From: an uncultured Chthonomonadaceae bacterium | GTDB lineage: Bacteria > Armatimonadota > Chthonomonadetes > Chthonomonadales > Chthonomonadaceae | Length of the DNA stretch: 64,000 nucleotides | Direction of reading: 5' to 3' | NCBI GenBank assembly: GCA_963817895.1 | Contig: CAWFQB010000003.1 | Coordinates: 416,001-480,000, forward strand | Shown: piece after piece, positions 43,393 through 55,230 of the stretch | How positions within the stretch are numbered: the first letter of the stretch is position 1 | How the letters are laid out: each line of letters starts with the position of its first letter | The notes under the pieces: model-generated | Seen by the model: only the letters and a program-made list of their open reading frames with translations | Databases searched by the model: none | Told to the model about the DNA's origin: nothing | Made by a program: the position numbers and the translations under genes

Positions 43393-44538
43393 TCATTTAC
43401 CGTCGCGGAAGGGGTCGTCCACTGTCTGCGACGTGTCACCCGGCTTGCGGAAGGGGTCGGACCTGTCTTTGACGGTTGCGGGAGAACCCGTTGGCAGTGG
43501 GCTGCCGGGTTCCTGATGCAGCATAACCGGAATCATCGCGCTGCTGCCGGGGACGCTGGGCTTGTGGAACTCGTAATGCAGCAGATTGCGCAGACGCACG
43601 ATGTCGCGCAATGCGCCCTCGAATTCGTGACGCGCCATATCTTCGGGAGACGCATGGTACGCGCGCGCATACTGAAGCGCGAGGGCAACAGCCTCGTCCT
43701 GCCGGGTGAGAGGCTGCGTCTGCCGGGGGCGCGAACGGCGCGCGACAATCGGAGCGGTCTCGTCATCGTCGTGTTCCCCTGCCGCTGCCGCATGTTCTGT
43801 TTTTATCAGCCCCTGCCGCTCGAACTGCCGCGCGACCTCGTCCTCGCTTGCCGTCCAGGGAACCGACAGGGATCGGATTCCCGCCGCTTCCAATCGGTTC
43901 TTTTGCTGTATATGCTCCAGTCCGGCATCAAGCTGCTTCAGGGCTGTGTCTGCATACGCCAGCGCGTCCGGGATGGTCACGCCGGAGGGGATATAGTGGC
44001 CCGGATCGGGAGCCAGGTGCTTGCTTTCGCGCATAATGCGCGTCAGATGCCGCCGCTGCCGCGCAACCACATCGGGAAGCGCGCGCGGCACATTGCCGGT
44101 GAGCAATTCCTGCCGCGCCCAGTTCAGTTTCCAGTAAATATCCAGTGTTCCAACCCAACTGCCGGCCTTTTCGCCGGAATCAGAGTTTCCATTGGGATCA
44201 TCCAGAACCTCGTCGCTGCTGACGGCAACCGGTGTGGGCAATGGCACGGACAGCGTAGGCGCGGAAAGAGCCAGGGGCCTTCCGGTCGTCGTATCAATCA
44301 CGCTGCCGACGCCGGGAACCGCATTTTTCATCGTCTCGATCTGCGCGGCATGCTCATACTTATATACTTTGGTGTCTTTGTCAATTGCCATGCCCGGAAC
44401 CTCGCGGCTGCACCCCGCAAGGCCACCGAACAGCAACAATGCCGGCAGAACCAGACGGCGTTTATACTCACCTGAAACGGAACCTGCTTGCCTCCTGCGC
44501 CGTTCCCGCAACAAACTAGAATCCGATGTATATAGCAA
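43393..44538 (-). CDS. Hypothetical lipoprotein
   Basis: Lipobox LAGC after a hydrophobic stretch; no recognised domain. Confidence 0.6.
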   Translation of the reverse strand: MLYTSDSSLLRERRRRQAGSVSGEYKRRLVLPALLLFGGLAGCSREVPGMAIDKDTKVYKYEHAAQIETMKNAVPGVGSVIDTTTGRPLALSAPTLSVPLPTPVAVSSDEVLDDPNGNSDSGEKAGSWVGTLDIYWKLNWARQELLTGNVPRALPDVVARQRRHLTRIMRESKHLAPDPGHYIPSGVTIPDALAYADTALKQLDAGLEHIQQKNRLEAAGIRSLSVPWTASEDEVARQFERQGLIKTEHAAAAGEHDDDETAPIVARRSRPRQTQPLTRQDEAVALALQYARAYHASPEDMARHEFEGALRDIVRLRNLLHYEFHKPSVPGSSAMIPVMLHQEPGSPLPTGSPATVKDRSDPFRKPGDTSQTVDDPFRDGK

Positions 44539-44776
44539 GGCAATGCTCCTCTTAACAATCCGTTCCTACAGCGAAGGCCGAAAGAACTTCCCAATGACGC
44601 GGTTTTGTTAGAATTATGGCTGAATTCCGGCGCGTAAGTATGCTGTTCCTTTTTTCCGAAAGCAGGCGGCGACAGGCATACCGTACATTATACGAGAGAA
44701 CAGGGAGGAAACGGCGTCGCGCGTGTTGATTTTCAAGACGGAACACAACCGAATTCAGCCAGCCACCAGCCACCAG

Positions 44777-47377
44777 TCACCAACTCGTGTTGCCAATCTC
44801 CGGCAGGCCCCGGCCAAACCGGTCGCTCACCGTCAGGCTGAATTGGAACGGTTCGCTTCCGCGCACCCATTTGACGAGCAGGGCATTGTCACCGGCGTTG
44901 AGCGTCACGTCCGCTGTCCAATGTCCACTGCCCAGAATGGGGCGGAACGGTTCGCGGTTAAAGCGGCGCAACACGAGCGCGCCGTTGAGCCAGAGTTTCA
45001 CGCCGCTGTTGGTGTTAGCGACGAGCCGCGCTTCCCGCGTGGTGGGACTGCGCAGAACGGTTTGCCCGTAAACCACGCCCGACGAGGCGCGAAACTGCGG
45101 TTCCAGGTCCAGAACGGCTTCGGTATACGCGCGCTTTTCCCAGCGCGCGTTCTGCATACTGCGGCTCACGTAACTCTCATGAAGACCCGGACGGTCTTCC
45201 GGCGCATACGCGCGGTCGAACCCTTCGCCATCGAAATTAGCGAATGGCCCCACCGTCCACCAACAGTTTGCCCCGATCAGGACGAACTCGGCCTCAAAGG
45301 GCGGCGTCTGGTCGTCGGGCGTAAACCGCAGCGTGACGGCATTGGCAATGTCAATCCGCGCCGCGCCTTCGGGCGCGCGGACGGAAAAATCGGCGCGGAG
45401 CGTTCCCTGACGCGCGGCAAGAAACTGCCGTTGCCCCATGTTGGGCGGCGCGGCAATCTGCCATCCGGGGGGAGCCAGCAGGGTAATACGCCCGCTAAAC
45501 GGTTCCGCGCTGTGATTGGTCACGTAAAAGGAGAGCGTTTTGGGAGCGTTGATCGCCACTGTGGGCGACTCCCCTGTGTCCATAACCACCTCCAGAAAGC
45601 CCGCCTGCCCGACAAGCGCGTTGGGCGGCGTAATCAGCAGGGGCTTGACGCGCGTACTGTCCGCCCAGGCAATCGCGTCTATCAGGTCGGGAGCGGGAGC
45701 CGCGCCTCCAGACGGAGTACCGGCAGAAGAATCGGTCGTGGCTTCCACGTAAGGCGAAGGCGACGCGCTGACCGCCTGCGGCCTGAAAGCAATCCCCAAT
45801 GCAGGCGCGGGCGGCGTGTTGGTCGTCTCGTAAGCCGCCGTCTGCGCAGGCAGGGAGGCAGGAGTTGAGAGTTGAGAGTTGAGAGTTGATAGGGATTTTT
45901 CTTTTTCCTTTTCCCTTTTCCCTTTTCCCTCTTCTCGTATCTCGTATCTCGCATCTCCTATCTTGTCCTCTTGCAGCGTCAGTCCTGTCTCTTCCCCCGA
46001 GGTTTGCGTTGCCGGGGCGCTTCCGGTCGCAATCAGGTCAGGATCAATAGCAAGGGGGCGTTCTACCGGTTCGGCAGGCTGCTTGTACGGCAAAGCGTCG
46101 CCCGGCATTACGGCCATGTCCGCAGGCGGCAGCGTTTCCCCGGCAAGGGGAGAATTGGGTAAGGAGGAAGGGGGAAGGAGGAAGGAGGAAGCCTCTCCTT
46201 CTCGTATCTCGTATCTTGTATCTCGTGTCTCTCCTGTCTCCTCATCGGGCATTATCTCCAGGCCCGCGAAACGAGATTCAATATCGGCAGACGCGGCGAG
46301 TGGGGCCGTAGAGGAAGATGCAGTGTGGGGCGCGGGAATATCGGCGCCGGAAAGCATCGGGGAGGAGTTCCCCTCCATTAATTCCAGGTCGGAACAGCGT
46401 TCGGCGATCACGCGCCTGCCCACCGCAACCACCCGCTCAGCCACTTCGCTTAAACTGAGAGGCGCGTCGTGGTCGCGCATGCCCAGGCCGGGAATGAGCA
46501 GGTCGCCGATGGGAGCGATCCACGCTTCGGGCAACCCGCTGCTGCCTTTGAGGATTCCCTGAACGGCTCCCATCGCGCCGCCAACCGTTTCGGCATCGTA
46601 GCCACAATTCACCGCCGCGCACAGGGACATGCCGAAATCGCGCTGTCCATACAGCAGGCCAATTGTGAAAAACCCCAGGTTCTGTGGCGCGTCTGTGTAA
46701 TTGGGCGAGCCGACCTCGTGCTGTACGCTTTCCCGCGCTTCCAGCCAGCCTGCCGCGCGCTGCCACGCGGCAATGGCGGTTTTCACCGCCCGCGCCACGC
46801 GGCAGGTGCGCGGAATCATGGCAAGTCCGATGGTGGCAAGGATAATGGGATCGCTGAGGAAGAACGCCGCGCTGCCCAATGCGGCCAGGAACATGGCGGC
46901 CCAGACACCCTCCTCGCTGTGATCGAGTTTTGCGTCATGGTAGGCATACGCGGCGGCGATTTGCGGCGCGCCCGGCGCGATCATGGCCCAGAAATCCGCC
47001 CGCATCACTCCGCCTGTCGCATGACGGAACCAGTTGGAATACGCCCCGGAAGCGGGCGGGGGCAGGCCCCGGCGCAGATTCAGGGCGGCATAGCCGAATT
47101 CGTCCTGCGCATAATCCAGATGTTCCAGCCAGGCGACGGCAAGGTCTTCGGAAACCACGTCCGGGCCGCTCTCTTCCAGCGCGTGAAGCCAGACGAGCGG
47201 AAAGTCCAGCGCGAGACTGGCTGCGGGCTGGCCGGGAACCGGGCTGTAAAAGTTGTTGCGCCCGGGCGTTAATTGTCCGCGCAGTCCGGCTCCCAGAGTG
47301 ACGCCCGCGCTTTTGCCCTGCCAGGCTCCCAAAATCTTGTCGTGGTAGGTTCCTACCGTGATTGTCAATGCCGCCAT
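44777..47377 (-). CDS. ADP-ribosylglycohydrolase family protein with a long disordered linker and C-terminal Ig-like and PA14-like sugar-binding domains
   Basis: DKILGAWQGK, GGVMRADFWA, AVNCGYDAETVGG; WTVGPF...VKLWLNG...LNAGDNALLVK. Confidence 0.8.
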   Translation of the reverse strand: MAALTITVGTYHDKILGAWQGKSAGVTLGAGLRGQLTPGRNNFYSPVPGQPAASLALDFPLVWLHALEESGPDVVSEDLAVAWLEHLDYAQDEFGYAALNLRRGLPPPASGAYSNWFRHATGGVMRADFWAMIAPGAPQIAAAYAYHDAKLDHSEEGVWAAMFLAALGSAAFFLSDPIILATIGLAMIPRTCRVARAVKTAIAAWQRAAGWLEARESVQHEVGSPNYTDAPQNLGFFTIGLLYGQRDFGMSLCAAVNCGYDAETVGGAMGAVQGILKGSSGLPEAWIAPIGDLLIPGLGMRDHDAPLSLSEVAERVVAVGRRVIAERCSDLELMEGNSSPMLSGADIPAPHTASSSTAPLAASADIESRFAGLEIMPDEETGETRDTRYEIREGEASSFLLPPSSLPNSPLAGETLPPADMAVMPGDALPYKQPAEPVERPLAIDPDLIATGSAPATQTSGEETGLTLQEDKIGDARYEIREEGKGKREKEKEKSLSTLNSQLSTPASLPAQTAAYETTNTPPAPALGIAFRPQAVSASPSPYVEATTDSSAGTPSGGAAPAPDLIDAIAWADSTRVKPLLITPPNALVGQAGFLEVVMDTGESPTVAINAPKTLSFYVTNHSAEPFSGRITLLAPPGWQIAAPPNMGQRQFLAARQGTLRADFSVRAPEGAARIDIANAVTLRFTPDDQTPPFEAEFVLIGANCWWTVGPFANFDGEGFDRAYAPEDRPGLHESYVSRSMQNARWEKRAYTEAVLDLEPQFRASSGVVYGQTVLRSPTTREARLVANTNSGVKLWLNGALVLRRFNREPFRPILGSGHWTADVTLNAGDNALLVKWVRGSEPFQFSLTVSDRFGRGLPEIGNTSW

Positions 47378-47628
47378 GCCTGTGTTCTGCCTCCTGCCCG
47401 GTGTCTGCCATTCCTAATTGTAATTCATTTTACAAGTTGCCGACGTGGCGCGGGCGTGTTTTTCCATCTTTCTAGTATACGCGCAACATCCCCGCTCGGC
47501 TTCAAAGCCTTCTTAACATATGCGAAAGTTCTCCCTGATAATGCAGGGGGTGACTGTCGCAAAGAAAGCCCCGCGAAAACCCGATAATGGGAATGTTCGC
47601 GTAACGTTGTTTGTTGGAATGTTAAGGT

Positions 47629-48357
47629 ATGATATATTCTGAGGAAGCGAGCAGAAAGGACAGCGACGAAGTGGTTCTTCCGGTTCCACATCCAAAACAT
47701 CGTTTGGACAGATACCGCCCAACACTACAGTTGTTAGCGGCGGCGGGAATTGTCGCGGCAACGGGCATGGCGATGCTCCGGCTGAACGCGCGTCCGACAA
47801 CCATGCTGATGGGCTTGTCTGTCGGAGTAATTCTGGCGGCTCTGGTCAGCGGGCGGCGCGGCGCATGGGTTGCCATTGCCCTCGCCGTCGTTTTGGGAGC
47901 GCTGCGCCTGCCTCCCACGGATACACTGTTTATTGATCCCTCTTACCGACTGGGGTACGGTCTTTTCCTGACGCTGTGCCTGCTGCTAACGCTGTACCAT
48001 CCTCCCCGCAGCAGCGTCCCTCTGGAACAGACGGGCAAAAAATATCGAAGTCGTAAGCAGCCTTATACCGAAGCCGATTTGCCGACAATTGCTCCTCCCA
48101 CGCGCGGCATTGTGGAACAGCAGACGTGCGAAGTGGCCGGCCTGGACATTTACAAATGGGAACGCTCCTGCGCCCACCTGAGCGACGTGATTGCGGACGC
48201 GCAAATCAAGCTTCAGGAAAACGACCGTGTACAAGTCTACTTTCTTCTGCAACACGCGCATCAACTGGCAGACGATACCCGCAGGCACATCCAGCAAACG
48301 GAAATCTTCGCGCACCCCTCCTCGGAAAGCGACGCGCCTGTATCAGAGCCGGAATAG
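47629..48357 (+). CDS. Membrane protein, DUF4118-like N-terminal TM bundle
   Basis: Four short TM segments followed by a soluble helical tail. Confidence 0.5.
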   Translation: MIYSEEASRKDSDEVVLPVPHPKHRLDRYRPTLQLLAAAGIVAATGMAMLRLNARPTTMLMGLSVGVILAALVSGRRGAWVAIALAVVLGALRLPPTDTLFIDPSYRLGYGLFLTLCLLLTLYHPPRSSVPLEQTGKKYRSRKQPYTEADLPTIAPPTRGIVEQQTCEVAGLDIYKWERSCAHLSDVIADAQIKLQENDRVQVYFLLQHAHQLADDTRRHIQQTEIFAHPSSESDAPVSEPE

Positions 48358-48434
48358 AGACAACTGCCGGTTCATAAACTTTTCAATCCGAGCAGGGGCT
48401 GAAACAGATTGAAGTTTGGGAATGGAGGAGCAAG

Positions 48435-49283
48435 ATGCCTCCCCTGTTTATCTTGTTTCATGCTGCCGCTACGATCCTGTGCCTGCTGGCAATGTGTCGG
48501 CTTATTGGGAGGTGGAGGCAGGCGTTTGCCGCGACGATACTCCTTCTCGCGAGCATTGGCTTTGTTGTGGAACGGCGTTCCGATTGGGCCGAGGTCGCGT
48601 TGCGCGTTGCGGGAACCAATCTGGTTTTCCTGACCAATGGGACGCTGGAAGCCGTGATCGTCTTGCTGTGTTTGTTGTGGCAGGCGGCGGTGGAAGCAAC
48701 AGCGAAACGCCGCGCCGTATTTCTGTCCGTTCCGCTGCTATGCGTAGCCCTGTGGAGCTATGCGTGGTATTTTGCGCCCCTGCCTCAACCCCTGATCTCT
48801 ACACTGGACCGCACCGGCTATTGCCCGCAATCCACGCCCGACAGTTGCAGTGCGGCCTCCGCCGTGATGCTGCTGCATCTGCACGGCATTTCGACAACGG
48901 AAGCGGAAATGGCGCGATTGTGCCTGACGCGGGCGAATATGGGAACGCCAACACTGGGATTGATCTACGGTCTGGATCAGAAAGCGGAAGCGCATGGATT
49001 GCATGCCCGTATTATCTCCGTCGCTTCCCCTGTGGAATTGGGCAGAATACGTCCGGGCTGTATCTTATCCGTTGGCTTGAAACGCGGCCTGTCCGCCAAG
49101 GTAGAAGCAAGAATGCGCGGCTACGGTTGGGAACCGGGCGTACATCACGCGGTCGTCATCACAGGCGCAGACCCAAAGGGCGCATGGCTGGACGTTGCCG
49201 ACCCCAGCTACGGCCGCGAACACTGGCCGTTACAAGATTTCGCCTCTATTTGGGACGGGCAGGCGATTACTCTCAGTCTATAA
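48435..49283 (+). CDS. Membrane-anchored C39-like cysteine peptidase
   Basis: QSTPDSCSAASAVM, HHAVV, VADPSYG triad motifs after four TM segments. Confidence 0.8.
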   Translation: MPPLFILFHAAATILCLLAMCRLIGRWRQAFAATILLLASIGFVVERRSDWAEVALRVAGTNLVFLTNGTLEAVIVLLCLLWQAAVEATAKRRAVFLSVPLLCVALWSYAWYFAPLPQPLISTLDRTGYCPQSTPDSCSAASAVMLLHLHGISTTEAEMARLCLTRANMGTPTLGLIYGLDQKAEAHGLHARIISVASPVELGRIRPGCILSVGLKRGLSAKVEARMRGYGWEPGVHHAVVITGADPKGAWLDVADPSYGREHWPLQDFASIWDGQAITLSL

Positions 49284-49364
49284 CGCGCAAGGAATAATCT
49301 ACCACAACGTAGAACTGTTTCAGGAGTTGGACAATCTGGCAAAGCAATCAGGGGCAAACGAAAC

Positions 49365-49484
49365 GTGCTGAGTGATAACGACGTTAAAGAACAATTGAGC
49401 TACGCTTATCTTCATGCGATTGCCTCACGAGCGCGGTTTGGCTGTGATCGCCCTACGGCGGATCGTGACAGCGTGGATGCCACT
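49365..49484 (+). pseudogene. N-terminal remnant of a DUF4365-like nuclease
   Basis: KEQLSYAYLHAIASRARF...DRDSVDAT resembles DUF4365 N-termini, then breaks off. Confidence 0.6.
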
Positions 49485-49505
49485 AATTCAGCAAGGAAAT
49501 CTGCA

Positions 49506-50681
49506 ATGCCTTATAACGAACTGGTGAGCGTATCGGAAAACATCTTGAGCCAGTTGCGCCCCTTAGACGTGCAGAATTATGCTCGCGCAACAGGTTGGCA
49601 GCGGGTTCAAGGCGTGAAAGGCGATATTGCCGTTTATCATCGCGCAGATTTAGAAGACGACGAAATTATTGTTCCACAAAACCCTAACTACGCCGATTAC
49701 GCCCTGCGCATGGCGGAAGCCGTAAGCGCGTTGAGTGAAGCGGAACACCGTTTACCGGGCGAAATTGTAGCCGACCTGTTGTTGCCGCCTGCCGACGTAT
49801 TGCGTTTTCGTGAAGAGGGACCGACAACACAGGACGGCGGTATCGGCTTGCAGGACGGTATTCGCCTGCTGTCAAGCGTTCGCAAAACTTTGCTTGCAAC
49901 CGCCTGTGACATAGTGCAGCCACAACGTTTTCATCCGCGCTTGAGTTTTGCCGAAGCCGTTCAATTTGTGGACTCCTGCCGTTTGGGACAAACCGAGCGC
50001 GGCAGTTTCACAGCCACTTTTATCTGCCCGCTTGATGTTGTTCCCGGCGTCAACACGCTGTCGACCGATCCATTCGCGTTGTTTCCCGAACTGCCAAGTG
50101 AACCCTTCACGCGCCGCGTAACCAAAACCCTGATGGGCGCGTTGGAACAGGTATCGCGCTTCATCAATGCCGATCAAGCGGAACGGCTTGTTTCGCCGCA
50201 GGAAGGGGATATCGTTGTCAGCAGCAACTTTTATCAGGCGCTTGCCGAAATGCAGCCGTCCGACACGCGCGCCGGTTTACGCGTCGCTTCCACATGGTCA
50301 CGCGCCATTACGCCACCCGCTATGGCACTGCCAACAAGCGTACATCTGCGCTCAGAGTATTTCCCGCTTGTCGCGCAGGTTGCCGAAACGCTGCGCCCGG
50401 ACTACAAACCGCGTACGGGATTGTTTGTCGGCAGAGTTGAGGCGCTGAATGGCGAAACCAATGCAGAGGGGCGGATGCAGGGCGAAATCGAAATCGAGTT
50501 TTTACAGGACGAAGAGGCAATTCGGGCGCGAATAGAACTGTCGGCAGAAGATTACGCGCAAGCCTGTGACGCGCACAAAAACAGCGAAATCGTCCTCGTC
50601 AGCGGCACACTGCATCGCGGCAGACGCCTCAACGCCATTCGAAACCATCACGATTTCCGCGTACTGCACAACTACAAGTAG
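49506..50681 (+). CDS. Hypothetical protein, probable partner of DUF4365-like nucleases
   Basis: YARATGW, CRLGQTERGSF, C-terminal OB-like VSGTLHR; own RBS AAGGA. Confidence 0.65.
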   Translation: MPYNELVSVSENILSQLRPLDVQNYARATGWQRVQGVKGDIAVYHRADLEDDEIIVPQNPNYADYALRMAEAVSALSEAEHRLPGEIVADLLLPPADVLRFREEGPTTQDGGIGLQDGIRLLSSVRKTLLATACDIVQPQRFHPRLSFAEAVQFVDSCRLGQTERGSFTATFICPLDVVPGVNTLSTDPFALFPELPSEPFTRRVTKTLMGALEQVSRFINADQAERLVSPQEGDIVVSSNFYQALAEMQPSDTRAGLRVASTWSRAITPPAMALPTSVHLRSEYFPLVAQVAETLRPDYKPRTGLFVGRVEALNGETNAEGRMQGEIEIEFLQDEEAIRARIELSAEDYAQACDAHKNSEIVLVSGTLHRGRRLNAIRNHHDFRVLHNYK

Positions 50682-50726
50682 TGGTTCTTTCGACGCGCCA
50701 AAACCTTTTGGCGGGATACCGAGGCA

Positions 50727-52016
50727 ATGACTTTCTGGCTGCAAACGGACTTGTGGATACTATCTTCGCCTGAGAGAGCCTTTGCGCGAATCGCCCATTC
50801 GCCTTCTATTGGCGCTGCGGTAGTTCTGCTCGTTATTATCAGCCTGCTGTTCCTCGCTTCGCAATTCCTGAGCAGCGCTATGCGTTATCAGCGCAAGCGT
50901 TCTGCCCAACAAAGAAAGAAGGACGCTGTTCCCGTAGTTGCGATTTGCAGTCTGTTTATTCCTGCCATCTGGTTCTGGCTGGCGCTGTTGACACAAGGCT
51001 TGCTTAACCTGCTTCATACCCCTTCCACTTTTGACACTCTGTTTTGCCTGTTGGCTTTTGCCGCGATACCACAGTTGGCCGGTTGGCTGACCTATCCCCT
51101 GCGCAATTTCCATTGGTATGCTTACCGCATCTGGCAGGCGGTCATGGCAGGCGGCCTGCTGTGGACAAGCGTACTGGCGGGGCTGAGTTTCCATACCATT
51201 TACGGCTTGAATGGCTGGAAACTCTTGTTGGCATGTGCGCCTCTCTTGACTTTGCTGTGGGCGGCGGGCATTGCCGCCGCGCGGGAACTTCCCGACTCGC
51301 TGCAAGCCGCGCGATTATGGCAGCGCATGGCGGGTGAGCGCGTCGTTGTCTTCGCGCGGCTGACTACAAAACCTGACGAGTTGGCGGAGATAGTACGGGA
51401 GTCGGATGCCACGTTGGAGCGGGCCACACAACTGCTGGAAGTGGAACCACTTGCTTTCAAATTAGGCATATTCTTGTTTGCCGATCAACAGGAACACAGA
51501 GATATTCTTGAAATCAAGACGAATCAGGCTGAAGGCTATGCACATGGTGATTGCCTGACTTCAGCGGTTGCGTCGTGGGAACAACTGCAGGGAATCATTC
51601 CGCATGAGATTGGGCATGTCCTCCGCGAACAGCGAATTACGTCTAAAGCTGTCGCGTTTTTGGACGAGGGGTTGGCTGTGTATGTCAATGCAAAGTTGTT
51701 TCCACAGAAGACACACGCGCCCCTTATCAGCGTCCCCCACACCCTGCACGTTCTGGCGCACTATTACATTTTCTACAATTGGCTTTATGCGCAACAGCCG
51801 GACTACTCCTCCGACCACTACTATTCCCATGCACACGGATTTGTACGATTTCTGATACAGAGTTTGGGGATTAAAGCCTTTAAGCAGTTTATGAAAGAAG
51901 CCGGTGAAGACAAAAGCGAAGATGCCGGTGAGCGATTGGAGAACGCGGCCAAAAAGGTCTATGAGGTCTCCCTGACGCAATTAGAAACTGAATGGCGGGA
52001 AAAAGAGACAAAATAA
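50727..52016 (+). CDS. Yip1-like membrane domain fused to a gluzincin (MA-like) peptidase
   Basis: About five TM segments; HEIGH...DEGLAVY. Confidence 0.7.
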   Translation: MTFWLQTDLWILSSPERAFARIAHSPSIGAAVVLLVIISLLFLASQFLSSAMRYQRKRSAQQRKKDAVPVVAICSLFIPAIWFWLALLTQGLLNLLHTPSTFDTLFCLLAFAAIPQLAGWLTYPLRNFHWYAYRIWQAVMAGGLLWTSVLAGLSFHTIYGLNGWKLLLACAPLLTLLWAAGIAAARELPDSLQAARLWQRMAGERVVVFARLTTKPDELAEIVRESDATLERATQLLEVEPLAFKLGIFLFADQQEHRDILEIKTNQAEGYAHGDCLTSAVASWEQLQGIIPHEIGHVLREQRITSKAVAFLDEGLAVYVNAKLFPQKTHAPLISVPHTLHVLAHYYIFYNWLYAQQPDYSSDHYYSHAHGFVRFLIQSLGIKAFKQFMKEAGEDKSEDAGERLENAAKKVYEVSLTQLETEWREKETK

Positions 52017-52078
52017 TCTAACACGATATCACCGGAGGCACATCAGCGCCTCCGGTTTGTTCTCCTCATGTTCGAGGA

Positions 52079-52199
52079 CTACTCGCGGGGAATGTCGTGC
52101 ATGGCGTATTCGCTGGAATAGTTGGGCGGCTCTTTGGTGATCCAGACGTTCGTGGACGTGGGACTCGCGCAGGTCGCGCCCGTGATCCGCATGAACTGC
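52079..52199 (-). repeat. Duplicated 3' end of guaB (direct repeat of 52854-52974)
   Basis: 121-bp near-identical copy including the TAG stop. Confidence 0.92.
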
Positions 52200-52203
52200 A
52201 TTG

Positions 52204-52545
52204 TTATGGAAGTTCCAGAGCGTACCGTAGTTTATCATTGGCCTCCTGTATCAAGTCCGCCGATAATTCTCCGAGTTCTCCAAGCAGAATCGATTGGTCA
52301 ACGGTAATCAGCTTATCCAACTTCACGACTGAACTACGGCGTAAGCCTGTTGCCGCAAAATCCGGGTGGGTTTTGTCAAGAAGCAAATCGGCAGCGTACA
52401 GCGTCTCCCCGGAGTAGGTTGTCATGAAGGCTAACGTGACATCGCCGGTACGGTCAGAGCGCGAAACCACCAGAGCCGGACGTGTTTTGCGTCCCGACAG
52501 GTCGGTAAAAGGAAATGGCGACAGGACGATTTTGCCGCGCTTCAT
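52204..52545 (-). CDS. PemK/MazF family toxin
   Basis: GKIVLSPFPFTDLSGRKTRPALVVS, TGLRRSSVVKLDKL. Confidence 0.92.
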   Translation of the reverse strand: MKRGKIVLSPFPFTDLSGRKTRPALVVSRSDRTGDVTLAFMTTYSGETLYAADLLLDKTHPDFAATGLRRSSVVKLDKLITVDQSILLGELGELSADLIQEANDKLRYALELP

Positions 52546-52776
52546 CGGTAGCGCACCTTCAAGTCGTCAACCGTATAAACATCCTCATCCCCGGCAAGAA
52601 AATCAAACGCGCCCCCCTGTTCCGCAAGCCGCATCAGGTCAGCCGTGGAAACATCGTCTTGCTGCGCAATCAGTTCTACATTCTCGTGCTGACGCGCAAG
52701 ATTCAGCAGGGTGTCCAGTTCTGTACGCGGCAGTACAGCTTTATCCCCGACGTAGTTCGGCGTGTATAGTTGTCAT
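52542..52776 (-). CDS. Antitoxin for the PemK/MazF toxin (1-nt indel near 52755; absent from the ORF track)
   Basis: Manual translation MTTIHAE/VGDKAVLPRTELDTLL...AEQGGAFDFLAGDEDVYTVDDLKVRYR*; its stop overlaps the toxin start (ATGA). Confidence 0.75.
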
Positions 52777-52839
52777 GTGTTTTGACTCCGGTTACGAACA
52801 AATCCGTCAGGCAGAGACTATCAGAGCAATTTGCGCTCA

Positions 52840-54367
<1,528 letters not shown>

Positions 54368-54582
54368 CGTTTTCCCCCGTAGAACGCATTTGACCATCAA
54401 CGGTCTGTCAACCGTCTGTTCAACTACATTTGATAGTGTGTAAAGTTGGGGTAGTATACCGTGTCACAAGGAACAGTGTCAAACGATTTACGGGGTGTGC
54501 TATACTGGAATGGGTGTTCGGTGTTCAGGTGTTCAGGTATTCAGGTGTTGGGCAGGCTCGTATTGGAAAATGTGGGGCGCGT

Positions 54583-55212
54583 ATGAAGTGGAATGGTAAA
54601 TTGTTGGTTGCGGTTGTGCTGGATGGATTGCATCTGCTGGCATTGGCGGTGTGGCTGGGTGGATTGGCGACGCTGTGGCTGGCGGTCATGCCCGCCGCGT
54701 TTCACACGTCCGGGCTGACCATGCGGGAAGCGGAAGCGGTTGTCGGCGACAGCCTGCGTAATTTCACCGGGCTTGTAGAGGTGTGCGGCATTGCGATGGC
54801 GGGGGCGCAGTTTGTCCTGCGACGCCGGTATCAATCCGTTCGCGCCCTGTTTGTGGCGGACGGCATCCGGCAACTGCTGACGTTCGGCGCATTGATGCTG
54901 GCGGAAGTGAATTTGCGCGTCCTGCTGCCGCAAATGGATACGGCCCGACAACAGGCGCATGTGGCGGACTTTCACCATCTGCATCAGAACTACGCGGTTC
55001 TGGCGACGCTGCAAGCGATGATACTCCTCGTCGTAGGCGCGCTCACGGCATGGCTGCAATCGCCTCGACAGGTAGCAGCAACACCGAATGTTACGCCAAC
55101 GGCTGCGCCCAATGTTCTGCCGACAGTTCCGACTCCTCTTGCTGCCAATTCATCGCAGTCGCAAAAGCCGAACAGGAACGGCGGACGCCGCGCCCGCAAC
55201 GCAGGCAGATAG
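54583..55212 (+). CDS. DUF4149/CopD-like four-TM membrane protein
   Basis: LHLLALAVWLGG, FHHLH. Confidence 0.7.
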   Translation: MKWNGKLLVAVVLDGLHLLALAVWLGGLATLWLAVMPAAFHTSGLTMREAEAVVGDSLRNFTGLVEVCGIAMAGAQFVLRRRYQSVRALFVADGIRQLLTFGALMLAEVNLRVLLPQMDTARQQAHVADFHHLHQNYAVLATLQAMILLVVGALTAWLQSPRQVAATPNVTPTAAPNVLPTVPTPLAANSSQSQKPNRNGGRRARNAGR

Positions 55213-55230
55213 TTTCTCAGGCAAGAAATC

